From Candidatus Latescibacterota bacterium (lineage in GTDB: Bacteria; Latescibacterota; UBA2968), in assembly GCA_965205975.1 (NCBI GenBank), contig OZ242195.1:5120001-5184000 (forward strand): 64,000 bases of DNA. The letters run 5' to 3'. Made by a program: the position numbers and the translations under genes. This document shows, in pieces, positions 28,154 to 37,027 of the stretch; position 1 is the stretch's first letter, and every line of letters begins with the position of its first letter. Under the pieces are notes generated by a model. It was not told the DNA's origin, ran no database searches, and was given only the letters and a program-made list of their open reading frames with translations.

Positions 28154-29476
28154 TTACGAAAATTCGGGGCGCACAGGCTCTTGTCCCAGGTCGCGCATAA
28201 TTTCCATGTAAATGGGGTGTTCGCCCTGAATGGGTTTCTCGTCGGCACCATTCAAGATGTGGTTGGCAGTCATTAGAGCTGTTTGGATGCGTTCGCTTTG
28301 CTCGGTATAGCGCCGAAAGACTTGCCGCACCGCTTCTCGCGCTCTGTGAATAGGCAATACATCGTCCCGGTGGTCTTGCGTTTCTTCCTCATCTCGCCAT
28401 TGAATGCGATGAGCACATGTGTATGGCAATATCGTGCGGATATGTTCGATATCCACTTCTTTGTCGCGCAGCACCCAGGCGAGTGCCTGTGCGTAGCGCC
28501 GGATGGAGATGGGCAGGCGATTGGACGGACAGGTTTGTACTTCGTAACACAGGTAGCCCGTGTAATGACAGCCTTCGCCACAGACTTCATTTGTGCGTTT
28601 TTGTCCGTATTTGCAGCAGAAAGACAATTCGGCCAAAAAGGTTCGAACATAGGCACTGGCATCGGTCTGGAAAGGCAATGCGCTCATTTCACTGCGAATG
28701 GTTTCGCGCTCTGCACGCCCCAGGGTAGGTACGGACAAACGTTCGGAGATCGCTTGTCCATAATCCTCGCAAATCGCTTCCACCTCTGCTTCGGCATTGG
28801 GGGTGACCAGACACGCCTGGAGTGCCTGCTCGCGTTGGGGATCTCTCAGGAGATGTGCGGGAGAGGATTCAGTGCCGATCATCCAGGACAAATTCGCGCC
28901 CGGATATTTGGATTCTACCATTACATCAAAGCGATCCAGGAGAGGTACAACGATGGTATTTGTTCCGCGATCCTGATAGTTGGCCGTTGCGAACAAACAG
29001 TATTCTTCGTTGATTTGCATCTGGTTCAAGTAGGACCAGTTGCCGCGATCCACGCCGTTGAGGATCAAGCTCTGCTTTGTTTCCGGCAGGCGGTTGATTT
29101 CATCTACGACTTTGACGGGCAAGACGGAAAATGCCGACCAGACCACATCTTCTTCGCCGCGATTGAGTGCGCCGAGGTTTGGGCGCCCGACAATTTTTTC
29201 TTCGGTCTGCTCGGGGTGTCCACTTACTTCGGCTTCCCACACAGCCCCCAATGGCATGCGATATAGTAGCGCTCCGATATATTCTGCCGACGTTGTTTTG
29301 CCCAGGCCGGGTTCGCCTACGATCAGAATTTTGCCACCCAATAATCCCGTTAGCGCGCTGAGCAACAAAGCGGCATTGTGTTTTTGTCCTTCGATCTCCA
29401 GGTCTGCCCGATTAAAATACAACCGATTCTGGATAAAGGTCAAGATATCGTGTACTGTTGTTTGTAAATCGGCCAT
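28154..29476 (-). CDS. MoxR-family AAA+ ATPase with a Cys-rich insertion
   Basis: Walker A GEPGLGKT, Walker B VVDEINR, FATAN, LLDRF; CCKY...C.EGCHY.GYLC insert. Confidence 0.88.
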   Translation of the reverse strand: MADLQTTVHDILTFIQNRLYFNRADLEIEGQKHNAALLLSALTGLLGGKILIVGEPGLGKTTSAEYIGALLYRMPLGAVWEAEVSGHPEQTEEKIVGRPNLGALNRGEEDVVWSAFSVLPVKVVDEINRLPETKQSLILNGVDRGNWSYLNQMQINEEYCLFATANYQDRGTNTIVVPLLDRFDVMVESKYPGANLSWMIGTESSPAHLLRDPQREQALQACLVTPNAEAEVEAICEDYGQAISERLSVPTLGRAERETIRSEMSALPFQTDASAYVRTFLAELSFCCKYGQKRTNEVCGEGCHYTGYLCYEVQTCPSNRLPISIRRYAQALAWVLRDKEVDIEHIRTILPYTCAHRIQWRDEEETQDHRDDVLPIHRAREAVRQVFRRYTEQSERIQTALMTANHILNGADEKPIQGEHPIYMEIMRDLGQEPVRPEFS

Positions 29477-29547
29477 GTTTGTTACTCGCATACGGTAACG
29501 AATCAGCGAATCAGCGGAACGGGGTACAACTGGTGTCAGGCCAGTTC

Positions 29548-29614
29548 ATCAATGTAGGGGCGGTGCCCCTGTGCCCGCCCGTTGGGTGGTTGGGCGGGGT
29601 TCGTCTATTCGTCT
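29548..29614 (+). repeat. 67-bp direct repeat, copy 2 (GTAG-GGGCGG...CCGCCC hairpin)
   Basis: 65/67 identical to 25694-25760. Confidence 0.9.
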
Positions 29615-29694
29615 GTTCGTCTATTCGTCTATTCGTCTATTCGTCTATTCGTCTGTTCGTCTATTCGTCTGTTCGTCTATTCGTCTATTCGTCC
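29600..29694. repeat. Tandem octamer array (TTCGTCTR)x11 plus a partial unit
   Basis: Direct reading; supplies the last codons and TAG stop of the potC-like gene. Confidence 0.95.
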
Positions 29695-30501
29695 AGCGGA
29701 GCGGCGGCGCAGCCATTCGACGGTGAGCAGTAGCAACACGGCGAAGGCGATCAAGAATGTTGCGACGGCGAGAATGGTCGGGCTGATTTGCTCGCGAATG
29801 CCTGCCCACATCTGGCGCGGGATTGTGCGCTGTTCAATGCCGCCCATAAAAAGGACGACAACTACTTCGTCGAAAGATGTTGCAAACGCGAAAAGCGCGC
29901 CAGAAATAACGCCCGGTGCGATTAGCGGTAGTTGTACCCTGCGGAATGTGAGGATCGGTGAGGCACCAAGGCTTGCGGCAGCGCGCGTCAGGTTTGTATC
30001 AAAGGCGGATAGCGTAGCGGTTACGGTGATTACGACAAATGGCGTGCCCAGTGCGGCGTGGGATAGGATCAATCCGATGTGGGTTTGTGCGAGGCCCAGG
30101 GCTGAATAAAAAAAGAACATGCCCGCCGCGGAGATGATCACCGGTGTGACCATCGGCGAGATCAATAGTGCCATTGCGATGCGACGACCGGGCATGGCGG
30201 GGCTGGATAGACCCAGCGCGGCGAGTGTGCCCAGCGCGGTTGCCAGTGCGGTGGAAGCGATGCCGATGATCAGGCTGTTGATCAGTCCGCGCGTCCACAG
30301 TTCGTTTTCGACAATTTGCCGATACCAGCGCAGGGAATACGCTTCGGCGTCCAGGCGCAGCATGCCTTCGGTGAAGGTGAAGTAGGGTTCGGCATTGAAG
30401 CTCAAGGGTACGATCACCAGAATTGGCGCGATCAGGAACGCGAAGATCAGGGTACAGGAGGCCAGGTACGCGCCCCGGCCAATGCGTTGTGTTGAGATCA
30501 T
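29677..30501 (-). CDS. potC: Polyamine ABC transporter permease (PotC-like)
   Basis: TM pattern; LTRAAASLGA EAA loop; FATSFDEVVV. Confidence 0.85.
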   Translation of the reverse strand: MISTQRIGRGAYLASCTLIFAFLIAPILVIVPLSFNAEPYFTFTEGMLRLDAEAYSLRWYRQIVENELWTRGLINSLIIGIASTALATALGTLAALGLSSPAMPGRRIAMALLISPMVTPVIISAAGMFFFYSALGLAQTHIGLILSHAALGTPFVVITVTATLSAFDTNLTRAAASLGASPILTFRRVQLPLIAPGVISGALFAFATSFDEVVVVLFMGGIEQRTIPRQMWAGIREQISPTILAVATFLIAFAVLLLLTVEWLRRRSAGRIDE

Positions 30502-30502
30502 G

Positions 30503-31717
30503 TTAGCCCAACCTCATGCGGTCAATGCCAACTATGCGGTCGTAGAGCAGATAGAGCGCGATTACGCATACCAGCAAGATGCCGCCAAGTGCTCCGGCCA
30601 GACTCCAGTTGAGCGAGGTTTGCATGTGATAAGCGATCATGTTGGAGATGAGTTGTCCGGTACTGCCGCCTACCAGCGCAGGGGTGATGTAGTAGCCGAT
30701 GGCAAGGATGAATACCAACAGTGATCCGGCACCTACACCGGGCAGGGTCTGCGGCCAGTACACGCGCCAAAATGCCTGAAAGGAATTCGCACCCAGCGAC
30801 GCGGCGGCACTCATCTGGCTCGGTGGGATGGCGCGCATGATGGAGTATAGGGGCAGGATCATAAAGGGCAGGAGCACATGGGTCATTGCCACGAGTGTGC
30901 CAATCATATTGTAGATCATGGCGAGGCGGCCGTCGTCGCCGATCAGCCCAATTGTGACGAGTAAGTCGTTGATTACGCCCTGGGTCTGGAGCAGTACGAT
31001 CCAGGATGTCGTTCTCACCAGAAGCGATGTCCAGAAGGGTACGAGTACGAGGATGAGGAGCAGATTTGCGATGCGCGGAGGCGAATGCGCGATTAAGTGG
31101 GCGATGGGATAGCCGAGTAGAAGGCAGATCGCGGTGATGCCGAGGCTCACGACAAAGGTGCGCCACAAGAGGGACAGATAGATGCGGCGCTCTGGGGGCT
31201 GGCGAGCGATGGATCCGTCGGGCAGGGGTTTCAGGTCAATGGCATTGAGATAGTGCCGCGCGGTGAAACGGTCCCCGGCACTGCGGATCGCGTACCAGGT
31301 TTGTACATCGCCCCATGCGGAATTCAGGCCGATCATGGCATCGCGATAGGGACCTTCGAGGACGTTTTGCAACGATCTTGCACTGCGCGTGAAAACGCTG
31401 CGCAGGCCCGGATGTACGCGGTTGACGCGGGTGGCAACCCGACCCAGCGAGCGATCTGTGCGCGCTTTTAATAGCTCGCGTGCAGCCGCTGCGTACACTG
31501 CTTCGTCGGGTGTGCTCTTTCCATCCCACTTCCTCAGCAGGTCGAGGGTTTCAGGCAGGGCATTGCCTACTGTGGGATCGTACACACTGTGTACGAGCAT
31601 TGTCGCCAGGGGCGCGATAAATGTGACGCCAATAAATGCCAGTAATGGCAACACCAGTCCCGTAGCGCGTAGTCGCGGACGGAGGATGGTGGTTTTTATG
31701 TCTGTGTTTGATTGCAT
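30503..31717 (-). CDS. potB: Polyamine ABC transporter permease (PotB-like)
   Basis: LVPFWTSLLVRT, HVLLPFMILPLY, AAASLGA, GYYITPALVGG. Confidence 0.85.
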   Translation of the reverse strand: MQSNTDIKTTILRPRLRATGLVLPLLAFIGVTFIAPLATMLVHSVYDPTVGNALPETLDLLRKWDGKSTPDEAVYAAAARELLKARTDRSLGRVATRVNRVHPGLRSVFTRSARSLQNVLEGPYRDAMIGLNSAWGDVQTWYAIRSAGDRFTARHYLNAIDLKPLPDGSIARQPPERRIYLSLLWRTFVVSLGITAICLLLGYPIAHLIAHSPPRIANLLLILVLVPFWTSLLVRTTSWIVLLQTQGVINDLLVTIGLIGDDGRLAMIYNMIGTLVAMTHVLLPFMILPLYSIMRAIPPSQMSAAASLGANSFQAFWRVYWPQTLPGVGAGSLLVFILAIGYYITPALVGGSTGQLISNMIAYHMQTSLNWSLAGALGGILLVCVIALYLLYDRIVGIDRMRLG

Positions 31718-31799
31718 AGATTAGTTTTGAGGTCGCGGAAAAACTCGTGACACTGTTGCGAGTTTTTATCGGTAAGTGCCATGCGCTCGAATCAAGTGC

Positions 31800-31910
31800 C
31801 TGCCTGAATTGTGTTGGTCATTTCTCCCGAAATCACTCGAAAGAGCCGGACTTAGGGGGTAACTTGAGGGGTAACTTAGGGGGTAACTTGGGGGGTAACT
31901 TCCCCAGTAG
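31800..31910 (-). pseudogene. Remnant of a Fic/HTH-type C-terminal domain with (VTPQ)n repeats
   Basis: TTGEVTPQVTP*VTPQVTP*VRLFRVISGEMT; 12-bp tandem GGGGTAACTT units; in-frame stops. Confidence 0.5.
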
Positions 31911-31959
31911 TCCGATCCTTCCCCCTTGAGTTAGACGCCTTCGTACTTTTGGATCTGGC

Positions 31960-32088
31960 TGATAACCCGGTGTCCACACCGTCAGCACGTATGCACCGGA
32001 TGGCCTCTTTTATCAATTCATCCCGAAAGGCTGGATCGCGCTGGATGCGAGCCTTTATCGTTTCTTTAAAATCACATGTAAGTGTCAT
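31960..32088 (-). pseudogene. Truncated addiction-module antidote / HTH regulator (N-terminal half only)
   Basis: MTLTCDFKETIKARIQRDPAFRDELIKEAI.CI..DGVDTG matches the MALTRDFKETI..R..RDPAF family; then runs into unrelated sequence. Confidence 0.6.
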
Positions 32089-32106
32089 ATCTCTCTGTAG
32101 TCTTTT

Positions 32107-32205
32107 TCATTCGATCAGATCGTCCAGTTCCACGTCTAAAATGGTCGAGAGTCGGCGGAATATATCTGCTGTTCCGGACTTTTGACCATTTTCAATAATT
32201 CTCAA
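32107..32205 (-). pseudogene. C-terminal half of an XRE-family HTH protein
   Basis: Manual translation LRIIENGQKSGTADIFRRLSTILDVELDDLIE*; N-terminal helices absent. Confidence 0.6.
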
Positions 32206-32217
32206 TCGTTCCTTTTT

Positions 32218-32604
32218 CTATTCGCCCCTGCCGCCAATCACGAGCAAAAAGGCACTGTCCTCCAGGGCTTTGACGCTATGAGGTAAGTGGGCTGCACAAA
32301 CCGCAGCGTCACCTGTTCTCAGTGGCTTAGATTCAGTGGCTGTCGAGAACTCGAGATGTCCAGATAGGGCTGTGACGGTGATTGGTCCAGGGGCGGTATG
32401 TTCGTGAAGTATAGCCTGGTCCTTTAATACTATCAAGACAACAGTCAAATCGTTTCCATGCACTAAGGACAAGGAGTTGCGTCCCGCATGGTCAATAACA
32501 TCCTCCTTCATGAGTTGTTCGGCCATACTTAACAGAGAAAAAGACGTAACGGTAGAATCGGTTATTTCGATAGGCCGAAAAGGACGTTCATAGGCCTGGC
32601 TCAT
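32218..32604 (-). CDS. Cupin domain protein
   Basis: LHEHTAPGPITVTALSG...HLPHSVKALEDSAFLL. Confidence 0.88.
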   Translation of the reverse strand: MSQAYERPFRPIEITDSTVTSFSLLSMAEQLMKEDVIDHAGRNSLSLVHGNDLTVVLIVLKDQAILHEHTAPGPITVTALSGHLEFSTATESKPLRTGDAAVCAAHLPHSVKALEDSAFLLVIGGRGE

Positions 32605-32731
32605 GTATTGTATCTCCTTAAAGGGCTATGTGAGCTATTTCAAATGCCGGAATATTGCGACTCTCTCGGCTGAACTCTACTTACCTGGCGATTTCAGTTG
32701 TATTACTTAGATGGGCAGTATGATACCTCTC

Positions 32732-33838
32732 TCACTGCGCCAGCCAGGCACTGAAGCGCTCGTTCATTTCGTCGATGTGATCGCTCCACCATTCCCAGGA
32801 ATTTCGCAGGGCGCGCTTAGAATTTTCCGGGCTGTTGGGCATGTGGGGGTTCATTTCCACGCCTTTCTCGGCGTGTGTCGATATTAGTGCCTCCGCAGAG
32901 TGGCGCGTGGGGCTGTAGGCGATGTAACGGCCGACGCCAGCTATGGCTTTCGCTGTTGCGGCGAAATTGAGAAATTTCTTTGCGGCTTCGAGGTTCCGCG
33001 TTCCCGCGACAATGACAAGCCCGCCAGTGTCCAGTATTTGCCCGTCCCATACGATGACAAAGGGCTGATCTTCCAATACCTGTGCATTGAAGATGCGTCC
33101 GTTGTAGGCCGTGGACATCACGACCTCGCCATCGGCGAGCATCTGCGGTGGCTGTGCCCCGGCTTCCCACCATACGATGTGGTCTTTGATGGTGTCCAGC
33201 TTGCGAAAGGCGCGATCTACGCCTTCGGGCGTATTGAGGGTGGGATATACTTTGTTGAGCGGTACGCCGTCGGCGATCAGCGCGAATTCCAGGTTTGCCA
33301 GAGGTGTGCGGCGCATGCCTCGGCGTCCGGGAAATTTTTCGAGGTCAAAGAAGTCGGCCATTGTGGTGGGTTTTTCACCCTGGATATTCTCTTCGTTGTA
33401 CGCATATACGGTGGAGTAAAATATCGTTGCCGGACCGCAATCCGTCATCGTTCCGAGCGGAAAATCCTGTGCCGCAGGCGTTCCATCGGCTCCCGCTGGC
33501 AGCGAGTTGACAGGGATGAGTTCAAGCAGGCCCTCGTCACAGCCTCGCACCATGTCGGGGATTTCCATATCGACGACGTCCCAATGCACATTGCCCGACT
33601 CGACCTGTGCGCGAATCTGCGCCAGCCCGCCGTTGTAGTCTTCGAGGTTGATTTTAATACCTGTTTCAGCGGTGAACACCTCGTGGTAGCCTTTGACGCA
33701 GGCGCGTGCATAAGATCCGCCCCAGGAGACCACGGTCAGTGGTCTATCGTTGGCTACTGCACGATCTGAGGTCCATATCGCCAGTGCGGTCAGTACAGTT
33801 AGATAAAATGCCGTTTTACGCTTGTTTTGCCACTTCAA
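32732..33838 (-). CDS. Polyamine ABC transporter substrate-binding protein, paralog 2
   Basis: TTG start at 33838 with AAGGAGG RBS; VSWGGSY, WDVVD, AYNGR. Confidence 0.9.
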   Translation of the reverse strand: MKWQNKRKTAFYLTVLTALAIWTSDRAVANDRPLTVVSWGGSYARACVKGYHEVFTAETGIKINLEDYNGGLAQIRAQVESGNVHWDVVDMEIPDMVRGCDEGLLELIPVNSLPAGADGTPAAQDFPLGTMTDCGPATIFYSTVYAYNEENIQGEKPTTMADFFDLEKFPGRRGMRRTPLANLEFALIADGVPLNKVYPTLNTPEGVDRAFRKLDTIKDHIVWWEAGAQPPQMLADGEVVMSTAYNGRIFNAQVLEDQPFVIVWDGQILDTGGLVIVAGTRNLEAAKKFLNFAATAKAIAGVGRYIAYSPTRHSAEALISTHAEKGVEMNPHMPNSPENSKRALRNSWEWWSDHIDEMNERFSAWLAQ

Positions 33839-33876
33839 GTTATTTCCTCCTTGTACAGATATGAATAGAATATCCC

Positions 33877-34977
33877 TTACTGCGCCAGCCAGGTGCTGAA
33901 GCGCTCGTTCATTTCGTCGATGTGAACGCTCCACCATTCCCAGGCATTTCGCAGGGCGCGCTTAGAATTTTGCGGGCTGTTGGGCATGTGGGGATTCATA
34001 TCCACACCCTTCTCGGCGTGTGTCGATATTAGTGCCTCCGCAGAGTGGCGCGTGGGGCTGTAGGCGATGCGACTACCGACACCGGCCATGGCCTTCGCTG
34101 TTGAGGCAAAATTGAGAAATTTCTTTGCGGCTTCGAGATTCTGGGTTCCCGCGACAATAGCAAGTCCAGATAGATCCAGTATTTGTCCGTCCCACACGAT
34201 GACGAATGGCTGATTTTCCAGCACTTGAGCATTGAAGATGCGCCCGTTGTAAGCCGTGGTCATGACCACCTCGCCATCGGCGAGCATCTGCGGTGGCTGT
34301 GCTCCGGCTTCCCACCATACGATGTGGTCTTTGATGGTGCCCAGCTTGCGGAAGGCGCGATCCACGCCTTCGGGCGTGTCGAGGGTGGCATATACCTTGT
34401 TGAGCGGTACGCCGTCGGCGATTAGCGCGAATTCCAGGTTCTCCTGGGGTGAGCGGCGCATGCCTCTGCGTCCAGGGAATTTTTCGAGGTCAAAGAAATC
34501 GGCTATTGTGGTGGGTTTTTCGCCCGGGATATTCTCCTTGTTGTACGCGTATATGGTGGAGTAAAACAGTGTTGCTACGCCACAGTCTGTCGATGTTCCG
34601 AACATAAAATCCTCTTCCGCAGGCGTTCCATCGGCTCCCGCTGGCAGCGAGTCGATCTCAACGTGTTCGAGCAGTCCTTCATCGCAGCCTTGCGCCCATG
34701 TCGGGAATCTCAAATCGACGACATCCCAATGCACATTGCCCGCTTGAACCTGTGCGCGAATCTGTGCCAGTCCGCCGTTGTATTCTTCGAGGTTGATTTT
34801 AATGCCTGTTTCAGCGGTGAATGCCTCGTGGTAGCCTTTGACACATGCGCGCGCATAAGATCCTCCCCAGGAGACCACAGTCAGCGGTCGGTCTTCCGCA
34901 AAATCGCAGCCCAGAGTCAACATCGCCAGCGCGGCTATTATCGCGGTGCATAATGTCTTTCTCTGTTTGGTATTCAT
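33877..34977 (-). CDS. Polyamine ABC transporter substrate-binding protein, paralog 1
   Basis: Signal/lipobox LTLGC; VSWGGSY, WDVVD, AYNGR; near-duplicate of 32732-33838. Confidence 0.9.
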   Translation of the reverse strand: MNTKQRKTLCTAIIAALAMLTLGCDFAEDRPLTVVSWGGSYARACVKGYHEAFTAETGIKINLEEYNGGLAQIRAQVQAGNVHWDVVDLRFPTWAQGCDEGLLEHVEIDSLPAGADGTPAEEDFMFGTSTDCGVATLFYSTIYAYNKENIPGEKPTTIADFFDLEKFPGRRGMRRSPQENLEFALIADGVPLNKVYATLDTPEGVDRAFRKLGTIKDHIVWWEAGAQPPQMLADGEVVMTTAYNGRIFNAQVLENQPFVIVWDGQILDLSGLAIVAGTQNLEAAKKFLNFASTAKAMAGVGSRIAYSPTRHSAEALISTHAEKGVDMNPHMPNSPQNSKRALRNAWEWWSVHIDEMNERFSTWLAQ

Positions 34978-34980
34978 GTC

Positions 34981-36084
34981 TTAATCCTCCTCCTCGTCCG
35001 GGTCGAGCACCCGGCAGTCTGTTGGTGTCCAGCCGATGCGAATTTTATCGCCTTTCAGCACGGCTCCGTGTCCCACGATGTTAGGTATTTTTGCGATGAA
35101 ATCCGAGGACTCGCACACGTTCAGGCGAAGGCGCAGATGGTCGCCTAAAAAGGTGATGTCCTCGATTTTTACTTCGAGTTCATTGGTGTACAGACCCGGT
35201 TCGGGTTCTATGGCGACGCGTTCCGGGCGAATCGATAGCGTGGTGGCGTCGCCGCTCTGACAGGGTGCAACGCGCAATGCCTGAATGATTTGGCCCCCGG
35301 TTTCTACTTCGCAGATGTCCCCATTTACGTTTTTTACGCGGCCGTGCAGGCGGTTGTTTTCGCCGATGAAGCGGGCTACAAATGAACGCTCTGGCTCTTC
35401 GTAGAGGGCCTCGGGTTCGGCAATTTGCTGGATGTCTCCCCCGCGCAGGACAGCGATGCGGTTCGACATTACCATGGCCTCTTGCTGGTCGTGCGTGACG
35501 TAAACAATGGTTACACCGAGACTCTGGTGGATACGGCGGATCTCGTACTGCATCTCCTCGCGCAGGCGTCGGTCAAGTGCGCCAAGGGGTTCGTCCATTA
35601 GCACCAGATCGGGTTCAAATACCAGTGCGCGGGCGATTGCCACGCGTTGCTGCTGACCGCCAGAGAGTTGGTTGGGCCGCCGGTCTTCCAGGCCGCTGAG
35701 GCGAACCAGGTCCAGGGCACGCACCACGCGTTCGCGACACTGCTCGCGGTCAAATCCTCGTACTTCAAGGGGAAAGGCGAGGTTGCCGCCCACTGTCATG
35801 TGTGGAAAGAGCGCGTAGTTCTGAAATACCATGCCAATGCCTCGCCTGCGCGGGGGTAGTGCGTGTACAGAACGCCCGTCAATGCGGATGTCGCCCGAGG
35901 TGGGTGCCTCGAAGCCGGCAAGCATCATCAGGCAGGTGGTTTTCCCCGACCCGGATGGGCCGAGTAAGGTTAGAAATTCGCCCTTTCGGACGCTGAAATT
36001 GACGTTTTGGACAATTAGTGTGCTTCCGTCGTAACTTTTGCAGACATTCTCAAATTCGACGTAAGCGTTATCGTTTGGGGGCAT
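34981..36084 (-). CDS. potA: Polyamine ABC transporter ATP-binding protein (PotA-like)
   Basis: GPSGSGKT, LSGGQQQRV, LMDEPLGALD, TOBE-like C-terminus. Confidence 0.9.
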   Translation of the reverse strand: MPPNDNAYVEFENVCKSYDGSTLIVQNVNFSVRKGEFLTLLGPSGSGKTTCLMMLAGFEAPTSGDIRIDGRSVHALPPRRRGIGMVFQNYALFPHMTVGGNLAFPLEVRGFDREQCRERVVRALDLVRLSGLEDRRPNQLSGGQQQRVAIARALVFEPDLVLMDEPLGALDRRLREEMQYEIRRIHQSLGVTIVYVTHDQQEAMVMSNRIAVLRGGDIQQIAEPEALYEEPERSFVARFIGENNRLHGRVKNVNGDICEVETGGQIIQALRVAPCQSGDATTLSIRPERVAIEPEPGLYTNELEVKIEDITFLGDHLRLRLNVCESSDFIAKIPNIVGHGAVLKGDKIRIGWTPTDCRVLDPDEEED

Positions 36085-36139
36085 TAGTTTGTCCTATCCA
36101 GGGTCCAGAAAACACAGATCGACAAGTTGGCGGATCAAA

Positions 36140-36173
36140 GTTTGAAGTAAATTCAAAATTACTCAAATGTCAA
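36140..36173 (-). promoter_or_regulatory. Possible sigma70 promoter/operator for the ABC operon
   Basis: TTGACA on the minus strand at 36168-36173; weak -10; imperfect inverted repeat TTTGAAGTAA...TTACTCAAA. Confidence 0.35.
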
Positions 36174-36262
36174 CGTCTTTCCTCTTTCGCCATGTCTCGC
36201 TTCGCTATATATTTTAGCAGCTATCATCAACATTTAATATTTTTGCAGAGGAGTCAGATTGT

Positions 36263-37027
36263 ATGCGGTACAAACGCGTTGTTCTCAAACTCAGTGGCGG
36301 TGCTGTTTCAGGTGCTTTGGAATCGGGATTTGACCCGGAGGCACTCGAACATATTGCCGACGAAATTCTCGGTATTCACAGCCGGGGTATTGAAATCGGC
36401 ATTGTTATTGGCGGGGGCAATATCTTTCGGGGCGAACAGAGTGTGCGGTGGGGCATTGAACGTTCCGAAGCCGATAATATCGGTATGCTTGGCACTATTA
36501 TCAACAGCCTGATGCTGCGCGGTGTGCTCAATGCCAAAAGCGATGCCGAGGTGCGCGTGATGACCGCGATTCCGATTAACGCAGTTGCAGAACCCTTTAT
36601 TCGCCTGGTTGCTGCTCGGCATCTCGATAAGGGGTATATTGTCATTTTTGCCGGTGGTATTGGCAATCCCTTTCTCACCACCGATTATCCCGGTGTACAG
36701 CGCGCGCTCGAAGTGCGCGCAGAAGCCATTTTGTTTGCCAAGCATAAAACCAATGGCATTTATACAGACGATCCGAACAAAAACCCCGATGCCAAACTCT
36801 ATCGCTGCATCAGTCACGATACAATTATTCAAAAGAATCTGGGTGCTCTGGATCAGTCCGCAGTGATTCTCGCGCGTGACCATCATTTGCCGATTCACGT
36901 TTTCGATTTTGAACAAAAAGGCATGATGCGCCGTATTGTGGAGGGTGAGGATGTCGGCACACTGATTACCCAAACGCCAGAAGATGTGCTTGAGGAAGAA
37001 ACAGTCATCCAGGAGAACGCCATATGA
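36263..37027 (+). CDS. pyrH: UMP kinase
   Basis: RVVLKLSGG, IGGGNIFRG, ADNIGMLGT, NPFLTTD. Confidence 0.9.
   Translation: MRYKRVVLKLSGGAVSGALESGFDPEALEHIADEILGIHSRGIEIGIVIGGGNIFRGEQSVRWGIERSEADNIGMLGTIINSLMLRGVLNAKSDAEVRVMTAIPINAVAEPFIRLVAARHLDKGYIVIFAGGIGNPFLTTDYPGVQRALEVRAEAILFAKHKTNGIYTDDPNKNPDAKLYRCISHDTIIQKNLGALDQSAVILARDHHLPIHVFDFEQKGMMRRIVEGEDVGTLITQTPEDVLEEETVIQENAI

Noticed and set aside
32107..32604. Stop-codon readthrough giving a cupin-HTH fusion
   Set aside because: The in-frame downstream segment is only half an HTH and no recoding signal is evident; a remnant is more parsimonious
32732..34977. Duplicated binding-protein genes as a DGR template/variable repeat pair
   Set aside because: No reverse transcriptase in the window; both copies are full genes and the differences are not adenine-specific
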